From the NCBI GenBank assembly GCA_026413325.1, contig JANZYW010000002.1, forward strand, positions 1 to 63,250: a stretch of DNA of 63,250 bases, written 5' to 3'. A model generated the notes under the pieces. It was not told where the DNA came from. It worked only from the letters and a program-made list of their open reading frames with translations, and ran no database searches. The DNA comes from Bacteroidia bacterium. GTDB taxonomy: Bacteria; Bacteroidota; Bacteroidia; SpSt-205. Positions within the stretch are counted from its first letter, which is position 1, and every line of letters starts with the position of its first letter. A program made the translations under genes and the position numbers. Below, in pieces: positions 55,297 through 63,250 of the stretch.

Positions 55297-56342
55297 ATCG
55301 GTATACTCCTTTGCGTATCAAGGAGATACGTCCTGAGACTGCTGACGTTTTCTCCCTTGTTCTTGAGAAGCCTGCTTCGGGTTTTGAATACCTGCCCGGT
55401 CAGTATGTAACTGTGCGGGTAGAGATTGATGGGAAAAAGTATCCTCGAGCCTATTCTCTCTCCAGTAGCCCATACTTGGATGCGGATCTGCAGGTGACGA
55501 TAAAGCGTCTGTCGGGTGGGCTTGTGTCTAACTTTATCTGGAATACTCTCCGTCCCGGTGATACCTTGGAGGTTTACCCTCCGATGGGTAACTTTAAGGT
55601 TTCTCCTCAAGCGGGTAGAGCTCTTCAGTATTTCTGTATCGCAGCAGGTAGTGGGATTACGCCTATTCTCAGCATTATTCGCTCTGTTCTTTTCGTGGAG
55701 CCGAAAAGCCGGATTACCCTGTTGTATGGGAGTCGTACAGAAGCCGATATCATCTTTCGTCCATTACTTTCTCTCTTAGAGGCACAATACAAAGACAGGT
55801 TGGAGGTTCTGCACACGTTGACCCGTCCTTCTGGTGAGTGGGTAGGCCACACGGGGCGTATCTCCTCTGAGTGGATCGTGGAAGAGCTCAATCGAGTTCG
55901 TCGCCGTCTCCTCCCTGTCGAAGCCTATATCTGTGGGCCCAGTGACATGATGGCCATGGCTGTGGAGACCCTTTCTCAGCAGCGCCTCCCTCGGGAGAAG
56001 ATTCACACTGAGTATTTTTCTGCGCCTCTTCCGGAGGTGGTAACCGCTGAGCCCGTCTTTTCTACTCAGGAATCTCGAGTTATCGTCCATCTGGATGGTA
56101 AGTCTCATGAGCTCTGGGTCAAACCCGGTCAGTCTATCCTTCATTCGGCTCAAGACGCAGGACTCGATCCTCCTTACGCCTGTGAAGAGGGCATATGCTG
56201 CACTTGTCGGGCAAAGCTTTTGAAGGGGCAGGTACACATGGCGGTACGAGAGGCCCTGTCTGACTGGGAAATCGAGAAGGGGTATGTGCTCACCTGCCAA
56301 GCTATTCCTCTGACACCCGAGGTAGAGGTAGAGTACGGCTAA
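55293..56342 (+). CDS. FNR-type flavin reductase fused to a plant-type 2Fe-2S ferredoxin (PaaE/PaaK-like oxidoreductase)
   Basis: 'RAYSLSS' FAD motif, 'AAGSGITP' NAD motif, and a C-terminal '[13 protein letters not shown]' cluster. Confidence 0.8.
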   Translation: MNRYTPLRIKEIRPETADVFSLVLEKPASGFEYLPGQYVTVRVEIDGKKYPRAYSLSSSPYLDADLQVTIKRLSGGLVSNFIWNTLRPGDTLEVYPPMGNFKVSPQAGRALQYFCIAAGSGITPILSIIRSVLFVEPKSRITLLYGSRTEADIIFRPLLSLLEAQYKDRLEVLHTLTRPSGEWVGHTGRISSEWIVEELNRVRRRLLPVEAYICGPSDMMAMAVETLSQQRLPREKIHTEYFSAPLPEVVTAEPVFSTQESRVIVHLDGKSHELWVKPGQSILHSAQDAGLDPPYACEEGICCTCRAKLLKGQVHMAVREALSDWEIEKGYVLTCQAIPLTPEVEVEYG

Positions 56343-56344
56343 GA

Positions 56345-56884
56345 ATGCGGCTCCTCATACGATGGGTTTGGCGTCGTATCCATGCGAAACCCTACCCTCC
56401 TCGCAAACTGCTCCGACTCCTGCGATGGTATCCTCCGTTCCTGTTTCAGCGGGTGATTCCGCTGGCACTTTCGGATGACTTTCTGACTGTCCATGTAAAG
56501 GTGAGACGCTCTCTTCTCACTCGAAATCTGTGGGGTAGCTTTTTCGGGGGCACTATTTTATCTGCCGTAGATCCCTGGTTCGGACTCTTACTCTGGCAGA
56601 AATGCTTCCATGAAGGGATACCGCTCGAAGTGTGGGTCGAAAGAATGGAGATTCGATTCCTTCGAGCAGGTGTCCAAGATTTATACTTTACTTGTACCAT
56701 CACTCCCACTCAATGGGAAGAAATAGCCCATCAGCTGAGAGTGGAGGGAAAGCTCCGCTATACTTTCTCCTATCAGATCTATGAAAAAGGCGGGGAAATG
56801 TGTGCGGAAGGAACGCAAGTTCTGTATCTACGAAATCTTGCACGTAGGCCTCGCCAAAAGCCTACCCCTGTTTTGTTTTCGTAA
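56345..56884 (+). CDS. Hotdog-fold thioesterase-like protein (DUF4442-like)
   Basis: 179 aa. 'YPPFLFQRV....SDDFLTVHVKV......RNLWGSFFGGTILSAVDPWFGLLL' resembles the DUF4442/tetrameric acyl-CoA thioesterase family, from memory. Confidence 0.5.
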   Translation: MRLLIRWVWRRIHAKPYPPRKLLRLLRWYPPFLFQRVIPLALSDDFLTVHVKVRRSLLTRNLWGSFFGGTILSAVDPWFGLLLWQKCFHEGIPLEVWVERMEIRFLRAGVQDLYFTCTITPTQWEEIAHQLRVEGKLRYTFSYQIYEKGGEMCAEGTQVLYLRNLARRPRQKPTPVLFS

Positions 56885-56897
56885 CTTTGTAATAAGT

Positions 56898-58979
56898 ATG
56901 AGGTGGCTGTGGATGGGGGTGCTATGGGCACAGTCAGGTGTATCTTGGAAGATAACGACCGAGGGGCCGTCTCCAGCTCGCATAGGAGATACGGTAGCCG
57001 TGCTCATGCAAGCTGAGATAGCTCCCCCGTATCATTTGTATTCTAGTCGCATTCCTGCGGTAAGTGCCAACTTGCCTACTACTTTTACCATTGAAAAAAA
57101 AACGGGGGTCGAGCCTGTAGGGCCTTTGCTCGAGAAAGGAGCCCTCAAATCCGTATTTGACGAGATTTTCGGTACCGACGTGTACTTTTATGAAGGACAG
57201 GTAGTCTTTATCCAGCGCTTTGTCGTCAAGGGAGCCCCTGCGGGGGTAGAGGGCTACCTGCGATACCAATACTGTGATGAGGAGCAGTGCTTTACTGAGA
57301 AACGGGAGGTGAATGTGCGCTTCCCCGTACAAGCAGAGCAGAAGTCGGGCGGTGCACAGCCCCCGTCTATTTTGGTGAAAGTTCCTGCTCGGGATAGTGT
57401 CTTGTCCGCAGGTCGGGGGGATTCTCTCTCTGTCGACCAAGGAAAGCAGAGGGTATCTCATATTCCTTCTCTTGAGGGGAGAAAAATTTCTCAGAAGAGG
57501 GAGGCTTCCCTTTCATCTCCCTCTCTGTGGTGGCTTTTCTTGAAAGCATTTCTTTTTGGGTTAGCGGCGATACTTACCCCCTGCACTTTCCCTATGATAC
57601 CTCTCACGGTGAGCTATTTTACCAAGGTGAGTGAAGGGCGTAAAGGATTTCCCCTGCTTGCCCTCTGGTACAGTGGCTCCGTGTTGATTATATTTTGGAT
57701 TTTGGGGCTTTTTCTAACTCTGGTGTTTGGTGCGAGCGCTGCCTATAACTTGGCTACGAATCCTTGGGTGAACCTTTTCTTTTTTCTCGTGCTACTTATA
57801 TTTGGATTGTCCTTTCTGGGGCTTTTTGAGATAACTCTTCCTGCGAGTTGGGGTACAGCCACCAGTCGATATGCAAGTCCCCGGAGTTTAGGGGGGGTAT
57901 TTTTCATGGCCCTTACATTGGTTCTGGTGAGCTTTTCATGTATCGGGCCGCTGGTCGGTACCCTCATGATAGATATGGTTGGCGGTCGTTTCTGGGAGCC
58001 GATGGTAGGGATGACGGGCTTTGGACTTGCTTTTGCCCTTCCCTTTGGGGTATTGGCGGGTCTTCCTCAGCTTCTTCAAAAGCTTCCTCGTTCGGGGGAG
58101 TGGATGGAAACCTTCAAAGTAACGCTGGGTTTTTTAGAGCTGGCGCTTGCTCTCAAGTTTCTCAGCAACGCAGATTTGGTATGGCACTTAGGCATTTTAG
58201 ATAGGGAAGTGTACCTTGTCCTGTGGATCACGTTGTTTGTCTTTTTGGCGCTCTATCTTTTGGGGAAAATCCCCCTCAAAGGCGTTTCGCCTACGGAGAT
58301 AGGGGTGGGGCGCTTGCTCTTGAGTATGGGCAGCTTTGCACTGGCCCTGTATCTCTTTACTGGGCTGTGGGGGGCCCCTCTCAAGCTATTCTCGGGTTTA
58401 TTGCCACCTCTCCACGAAGAGATGGGAGTTCGTGTAGTGGGAGGAGGTGTCCCTGCGTCTCCTGGGTTTGAAGCTTGCTCCTACCCCGCAAACCGCAGAT
58501 ATGCAGATAAGCTTCGAAAGTACACTCCACCAGACTTTTGTGCTTTTTATGATATTGACGAAGCAAAAGTGTATTCTGCTCAGGTGAGGAAGCCTTTACT
58601 CATAGACTTTACTGGTCATACCTGTACAAACTGTAGGCAGGTGGAGAGCAGTGTCTGGTCGCATCCGGCGGTGAAAGCGCTCATCCAAAAAGAATATGTG
58701 CTGGTCTCTCTTTTTGTAGATGACCAGACGCCCCTTGATTCTGTCATCACTACCGTGGAGGGAGAAAGGCTTCGTACGGTGGGGGATAAGTGGCTTCATT
58801 TAGAGAAGACGGTCTTTCAAGCGCAGGCACAGCCGTATTACGTCATCACTGATTCCACGCTACGGCCGCTCCTCCCCCCGAGGGGATTCACCCTAAATGT
58901 TGAGGAGTATGTCGCTTTCCTTCAGGAAGGTCTCCGAAGATATGCAGAGCAAAAAGTTTTATCTCAATACACGCCATGA
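56898..58979 (+). CDS. dsbD: Thiol:disulfide interchange protein DsbD (three-domain: N-terminal Ig-like, TM core, C-terminal thioredoxin fold)
   Basis: nDsbD 'YQYCDEEQC', TM cysteines 'LTPCTFPMIPL' and 'SFSCIGPLVG', and the C-terminal 'GHTCTNCRQ' CxxC. The start is at the ATG at 56898. Confidence 0.85.
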   Translation: MRWLWMGVLWAQSGVSWKITTEGPSPARIGDTVAVLMQAEIAPPYHLYSSRIPAVSANLPTTFTIEKKTGVEPVGPLLEKGALKSVFDEIFGTDVYFYEGQVVFIQRFVVKGAPAGVEGYLRYQYCDEEQCFTEKREVNVRFPVQAEQKSGGAQPPSILVKVPARDSVLSAGRGDSLSVDQGKQRVSHIPSLEGRKISQKREASLSSPSLWWLFLKAFLFGLAAILTPCTFPMIPLTVSYFTKVSEGRKGFPLLALWYSGSVLIIFWILGLFLTLVFGASAAYNLATNPWVNLFFFLVLLIFGLSFLGLFEITLPASWGTATSRYASPRSLGGVFFMALTLVLVSFSCIGPLVGTLMIDMVGGRFWEPMVGMTGFGLAFALPFGVLAGLPQLLQKLPRSGEWMETFKVTLGFLELALALKFLSNADLVWHLGILDREVYLVLWITLFVFLALYLLGKIPLKGVSPTEIGVGRLLLSMGSFALALYLFTGLWGAPLKLFSGLLPPLHEEMGVRVVGGGVPASPGFEACSYPANRRYADKLRKYTPPDFCAFYDIDEAKVYSAQVRKPLLIDFTGHTCTNCRQVESSVWSHPAVKALIQKEYVLVSLFVDDQTPLDSVITTVEGERLRTVGDKWLHLEKTVFQAQAQPYYVITDSTLRPLLPPRGFTLNVEEYVAFLQEGLRRYAEQKVLSQYTP

Positions 58980-59932
58980 AACGAGAACTCATAATCATTG
59001 GGTCTGGGCCTGCGGGTTATACTGCTGCTATCTATGCAGCTCGGGCAGGTTTGCAGCCGCTGGTAATAGCAGGCCCTGAGCCGGGAGGGCAGCTTACCAA
59101 AACGAGTGAGGTCGAAAACTTCCCTGGGTATCCGGAAGGAACCTTAGGCCCTGAGATGATGGAAGACTTGCGCAAGCAGGCGGAGCGCTTCGGCACAGAA
59201 GTGACATACGACCTGGTAGAACGGGTGGAGCTTAGAGGGCACCCTAAGCGTCTCTGGCTGAGTGACGGAAGCGAGTTAGAGGCAGAGGCGGTCATCATCG
59301 CCACAGGTTCCTCTCCGAAATGGCTGGGTATAGAAGCGGAACAGCGTCTTTATGGGGCGGGGGTAAGCGCTTGTGCGGTTTGTGATGGCTTCTTTTTCCG
59401 GGGACAACCGGTGGCGGTAGTGGGGGGAGGAGACACTGCCTGTGAAGAGGCGCTATACCTCTCTAAGTTGTGTAGTGAGGTTCATATGCTCGTTCGCCGA
59501 GATGAAATGCGAGCCTCTAAAATCATGCAAGCTCGAGTAAAGGCGGCTGCCAATATTTATATCCACTGGAATACCCTTCCCGTAGATGTTGTAGGGGAGA
59601 AATTTGTCGAAGCGGTGCGGGTAAGGAATAAACTTACCGGTGAGGAGCGAGAGATACCTATAAAAGGATTCTTCGTTGCGATCGGACATCAACCGAATAC
59701 AGCACTGTTTGCGGGGCAGGTAGAGTTAGACTCCAATGGATATATCATCACACGGCCCAAGAGCACTCATACCTCTGTCGAAGGCGTATTTGCAGCAGGA
59801 GATGTTCAAGATCCCATTTATCGGCAAGCGGTGACGGCGGCGGGGACAGGCTGTATGGCAGCGTTAGACGCGGAGCGGTGGTTATCAGAGCGGCGCTATT
59901 TACTGGAGGCTTCTGGACAAGCCTCCGCGTAA
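58976..59932 (+). CDS. trxB: Thioredoxin-disulfide reductase
   Basis: 'IIGSGPAGYTAAIYAAR', the redox centre 'CAVCDG', and 'GGGDTACEEA'. The gene overlaps dsbD by 4 nt. Confidence 0.95.
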   Translation: MKRELIIIGSGPAGYTAAIYAARAGLQPLVIAGPEPGGQLTKTSEVENFPGYPEGTLGPEMMEDLRKQAERFGTEVTYDLVERVELRGHPKRLWLSDGSELEAEAVIIATGSSPKWLGIEAEQRLYGAGVSACAVCDGFFFRGQPVAVVGGGDTACEEALYLSKLCSEVHMLVRRDEMRASKIMQARVKAAANIYIHWNTLPVDVVGEKFVEAVRVRNKLTGEEREIPIKGFFVAIGHQPNTALFAGQVELDSNGYIITRPKSTHTSVEGVFAAGDVQDPIYRQAVTAAGTGCMAALDAERWLSERRYLLEASGQASA

Positions 59933-60311
59933 GCTGTGGTATAGCTCTGCCGCTAAGCCAAGCTGCGGTTTATTCTCTCTTGTGCACGAGGATAGCCTAC
60001 AGGTAGCTCTTTTTCAGGACATTTGCTGGGCGGATCTATACCTACAGAGAAGGATTTACGGGGTATAAGATAACAGCTATGGGGAGTCAGATAAGATACA
60101 GGGTGGGCTTATTGAGGAGAGGAGAATGGTCTGTACTGAGCGAAAATATGTTGAGGATATGCTGTTGTCAGGCTTGCCATTGCATCTCCTCTTATTATGG
60201 AGAGGCAGAAATACAGGCCTTGGGTTAGGTTCTCTCCTTCCTTACCAGAGCTATAGGCCATGCTCTATTCTCTCTTGCGATTTTCGTCTATGTCTAAGCG
60301 GCAACGTCGTT

Positions 60312-61622
60312 TTAGGTTGCTTTCTTTGCTATCAGGATCGCTTCGCTGGGATAGGCCAGAAAGTCTGCCTCTTGGGTACGAGCAAATCGTCCTGTGATTT
60401 TGTCGCGAGTTTGAGGGAGGATTTTTGAGGGTATTTCACGCAAGATGACTTTCTCTATCTGAAAGCCTAAGCTTGTAAGCTGCTCTGCAAATACCTGCGC
60501 GTTTTTTATTTCTACTTTGGCTAAGGAAGTATTTCCTATGACAATGCATATATAGCCCCCTCTCCGCAGCACTCTGTGCATTTCCGTGAAGGCAGTTCCC
60601 ATATCCTGAAAGTAGCTTTGGATCTCCTCTGCTTTTCTGGGATCAGTTTGGGCTACTTTATTTTTAATAGACTCTGCAAGAGGGGAATAGAGAGGAAGAT
60701 CTTTGGACCTTCGGCTGGGGCTGGCGGTACCTATAAACCTTTCTCGAGCTTGTCGGAGATTATCTGCCCATCCAAACCATAGCAAACTCAACTGGTGTAA
60801 GTCGGCATATTCATAGCTCGTTACATAAGGAGGAGAAGTGATGATGCAATCTACCTTTTCGTTTTCTATGGGTAGGCTTCTGGCATCACCCAAGTAAGGG
60901 GTAGCTGGTACTTCAAGCGCTTTCTGTCTTTGAAGAACTTCCCAAAAGGTTTGGTTTCCCTTTTCCATGCGAGCTACTTGGCGGAAAAAGACGGAAAGGG
61001 GAGGAGGAATGGACTTGTGGAGCTTTCGGGTAGGTTTTATGCTTCGATCGTGCCAATAGGAGACACTTTTGAGACTATGCGAAAGAGCACAGAAGAAGAA
61101 GTCTTGATGTCGAGGGTTAAGCTGCTTTACAGCTTGGGTGATGAGGCTAAGCTGCTCAAGGACTTCATCAGGAAACCAGTAGCGAAGCCTTTCGGGGAAA
61201 GGAGATATAGGGCGAACTGGATTTGACCGAAAGAGACCATACTCAAGGCTTAAGGATAGCTCTCCTTTGAGATGGCGGATGATTTGCGTCAGTTCTGTGG
61301 GAGAGAAGGCTTGCAGCTTAGCGCGAGCGATCAAGTGGGCTACAGGATTGATATCCACCCCCAGGCTGGGTCGACGCAGCAGCTTGGCTTCTACCAGAGT
61401 GGTACCCGAGCCCATAAAAGGGTCTAAAATCATCTCTCCCTCCTGCGAATAGCGCTGCATGAGCCGAGCAGCTAACTGAGGAATGAACTTGGCAGGGTAT
61501 CGGTGATAGCTATGAGTAGCATAAGTGGTCTCTTTCTGCGTTAATCCTGCAAAACTCCATTCTGGGTCAGGCGACAAGTCCTCAAACCATGTAGCTATTT
61601 GGCTTAGCTGGCTCTCTACCAT
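60312..61622 (-). CDS. Site-specific DNA amino-methyltransferase (N4-cytosine or N6-adenine; motif I precedes motif IV, alpha-like order)
   Basis: 436 aa. 'HRYPAKFIPQL...ILDPFMGSGTT' (AdoMet motif) lies about 190 aa before 'IITSPPYVTSYEY' (the catalytic SPPY). Confidence 0.85.
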   Translation of the reverse strand: MVESQLSQIATWFEDLSPDPEWSFAGLTQKETTYATHSYHRYPAKFIPQLAARLMQRYSQEGEMILDPFMGSGTTLVEAKLLRRPSLGVDINPVAHLIARAKLQAFSPTELTQIIRHLKGELSLSLEYGLFRSNPVRPISPFPERLRYWFPDEVLEQLSLITQAVKQLNPRHQDFFFCALSHSLKSVSYWHDRSIKPTRKLHKSIPPPLSVFFRQVARMEKGNQTFWEVLQRQKALEVPATPYLGDARSLPIENEKVDCIITSPPYVTSYEYADLHQLSLLWFGWADNLRQARERFIGTASPSRRSKDLPLYSPLAESIKNKVAQTDPRKAEEIQSYFQDMGTAFTEMHRVLRRGGYICIVIGNTSLAKVEIKNAQVFAEQLTSLGFQIEKVILREIPSKILPQTRDKITGRFARTQEADFLAYPSEAILIAKKAT

Positions 61623-62313
61623 AACTCTACATCTTTGCCTAAGTCATCGAAAAGACGGAAAGGTCCTTTGGGGAGGGGGAGCGGTTCATCAGTAAAGAGA
61701 TAAATGCGGTCATAGAGCGCAGCGGTCATTTTGGCTTGCTTGCTGCGCCATGTGCCCTGGGATAGGGTCCGATGAAGCACTCGGTCATTGTCCAAGGTAA
61801 TCAGACAGAAACGAATACCACGACTCCTAAGTTTTTCAGCCCAGTATAAGTCCTGTTGAAATCGTTCTCACAGTGAAACCTTGATGCTGTAGGTGGCAAC
61901 CACTCTTTTGGCATCTTCTACACCCCGCTCTATGGCTATCAAGTCTACTTGTGATTCAGCGATGTACGGTTCCGTGAGCTCGCCTCTAAGCCACAACTGC
62001 TCGCTAAGAACCTGACGGATGAGCTTTTCTGTAGACTCATTTCCTAACTCTGACCATTTCTTTATGACCACAGGCAAATGAGAAAAATCCTCCCTGAGTT
62101 GCTTCTTGCTCTCTTGTAGAGCTATCTCTTCGAAGGAAGTCCCGCTAAAATTTTTCCATGCTTGGCCCGCATCCCCAGAAGGAAATTTTGTGAAGTACGT
62201 TTCTTCAAAGGCTTTTTGAGAGCTGCCCAGGCTTTGCGAACGGGCTGCCCTTCTTCTCGTAACTGCTGGTAGGTGCTGATGAGCCATTCCTTAGAGGGAA
62301 AAGAAATATGCAT
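61616..62313 (-). pseudogene. Type II restriction-endonuclease-like gene (PD-(D/E)xK, 'SxK...RER' type), disrupted by a probable -1 frameshift and an in-frame TGA
   Basis: There are three colinear coding pieces. Frame A runs from the ATG at 62313 to the A5 run (plus-strand T5 at 62213-62217). Frame B continues to the TGA at 61870-61868. The same frame then stays open for 83 more codons to the TAG at 61618-61616. That stop overlaps the methyltransferase start (ATGGTAG). Adding one A gives '...AWAALKKAFEETYF...'. The TGA sits within 'YSIKVSL*ERFQQ'. Confidence 0.65.
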
Positions 62314-62319
62314 GTTGTG

Positions 62320-62327
62320 CAAATATA
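62320..62327 (-). promoter_or_regulatory. -7 box TATATTTG, 6 nt upstream of the ATG at 62313 of the endonuclease pseudogene
   Basis: The plus strand reads CAAATATA. It supports frame A as the original start. Confidence 0.45.
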
Positions 62328-62401
62328 TTTGTTCGTATTCCAGCAAAATCCTTCAAGTTTTGAGCTGTATAGGGCATTTTTATTTTATATCGTGGGCGTT
62401 C

Positions 62402-63250
62402 TCACATGTTTCTTCTATACCTTCCCCCTACTTCATACAGTGCGGCTGATATCTGCCCTAAGCTGGCGACTTTGACGGCTTCCATGAGGGCAGCAAATGT
62501 GTTTCCTCCCGAGAGAGCTGATTCCTGAAGCGCTTGGAGAGCGAGCGGGGCTTTCTCTCTATTGCGAGACTGGAAGGCTCGGAGGTTGCGAATCTGTTGC
62601 TCCTTTTCTTCGGTGGTGGAGCGTACGATCTCGTTTGGGATGTCGGTCGGAGAACCGTCTTTCCCTAAGAAGGTATTTACACCAATGATGGGGAGCTGCC
62701 CCGTGTGTTTGAGGGTCTCATAATAGAGAGACTCCTCTTGGATTTTATTGCGCTGGTAGGCCAGCTCCATCGCTCCGAGAACTCCTCCTCGTTCGTTGAG
62801 CCGTTCAAACTCCTGGAGAACAGCCTCTTCTACCGCATCGGTGAGCCACTCGATAAAAAAGCTTCCTTGCCAGGGGTTTTCGTTTTTCATGAGTCCCAGT
62901 TCTTTTTGGATAATGAGCTGGATGGCGACGGCCCTGCGAACAGACTCTTCGGTGGGAGTGGTGATGGCTTCATCGTATGCATTCGTATGGAGGGAGTTAC
63001 AGTTGTCGGCCAAGGCATAGAGGGCCTGGAGGGTTGTACGAATGTCGTTGAAGGCGATTTCCTGGGCGTGGAGGGATCGCCCAGAGGTTTGTACATGGTA
63101 CTTGAGCATTTGGCTTCGGGGACTGGCTTTGTACAGCAGCTTCAGAGCTTTTGCCCAGATGCGGCGCGCGACCCGTCCGATTACTACATACTCTGGGTCA
63201 GTCCCATTCGAGAAAAAGAAAGAGAAATTGGGTACGAAGTCATCCAAGGC
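62402..63250 (-). CDS. Isobutyryl-/methylmalonyl-CoA mutase family protein, C-terminal part of the catalytic barrel (IcmF-like). The 5' part lies outside the window.
   Basis: The frame is open to the window edge. '[23 protein letters not shown]', '[18 protein letters not shown]' and 'LPIIGVNTF' are mutase signatures. Confidence 0.85.
   Translation of the reverse strand, partial: ALDDFVPNFSFFFSNGTDPEYVVIGRVARRIWAKALKLLYKASPRSQMLKYHVQTSGRSLHAQEIAFNDIRTTLQALYALADNCNSLHTNAYDEAITTPTEESVRRAVAIQLIIQKELGLMKNENPWQGSFFIEWLTDAVEEAVLQEFERLNERGGVLGAMELAYQRNKIQEESLYYETLKHTGQLPIIGVNTFLGKDGSPTDIPNEIVRSTTEEKEQQIRNLRAFQSRNREKAPLALQALQESALSGGNTFAALMEAVKVASLGQISAALYEVGGRYRRNM

Noticed and set aside
55140-56300. 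156-aa and 174-aa minus-strand ORFs opposite accA and the FNR-like gene
   Set aside because: These are shadow ORFs. The sense strand has unambiguous AccA and FNR/2Fe-2S motifs.
60126-60428. 100-aa plus-strand ORF in the trxB/methyltransferase spacer
   Set aside because: It is Leu/Cys/Arg-rich, has no promoter box, and runs into the methyltransferase 3' end on the opposite strand. It is probably spurious, although the spacer itself is flagged as part of the island.
61868-61870. The in-frame TGA read as selenocysteine or programmed readthrough
   Set aside because: I saw no SECIS-like hairpin immediately downstream. The position corresponds to a likely Arg in a nuclease motif. The gene also carries a separate frameshift. 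A pseudogene or a sequencing error is more parsimonious.
1-63250. CRISPR arrays, IS elements, integrases, prophage genes, toxin-antitoxin pairs, rRNA
   Set aside because: I scanned the ORF track and the intergenic regions. I saw no regularly spaced direct repeats, no transposase or recombinase motifs, and no rRNA-like segments. The non-coding spacers are too short, apart from 41238-41570 and 59933-60311, which lack such signals.

Overview
The window is a compact, about 90% coding chromosomal segment from a Bacteroidota/FCB-type bacterium. Three things point to that lineage. There are several proteins with type IX secretion (T9SS) C-terminal sorting domains. PorP/SprF and GldJ-like genes are present. 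TAnnTTTG '-7' promoter boxes recur, and Shine-Dalgarno sites are not obvious.

Most genes are housekeeping: rsgA, dtd, hpf, holA, mfd, tamB, htrA, dnaE, trxA, accA, dsbD, trxB, an ALDH7-type dehydrogenase, a FadB-like fusion, LptC, a bactofilin, and two tRNAs (Arg-ACG and Leu-CAA). Five large secreted T9SS cargo proteins of unknown function are interspersed among them.

I found no CRISPR array, transposase, integrase, prophage or intact multi-gene defence system.

The only clearly accessory DNA is a lower-GC insertion between trxB and a partial icmF-like mutase gene. It carries an intact amino-type DNA methyltransferase. A co-oriented, translationally overlapped restriction-endonuclease-like gene sits upstream and appears to be inactivated twice: by a frameshift in a homopolymer and by an in-frame TGA.

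The most striking window-wide signal is regulatory. At least ten genes have an exact TAnnTTTG box only 3-6 nt upstream of their ATG/GTG, which implies widespread leaderless or near-leaderless mRNAs.

Other oddities:
- tamB has an N-terminal anchor with no canonical start codon, immediately after tRNA-Leu.
- A 400-nt gene-free gap contains a palindrome plus an orphan promoter box.
- A glycine-rich T9SS protein contains G-quadruplex/G7 tracts.

All functional calls come from motif recognition by eye. No database search was run.
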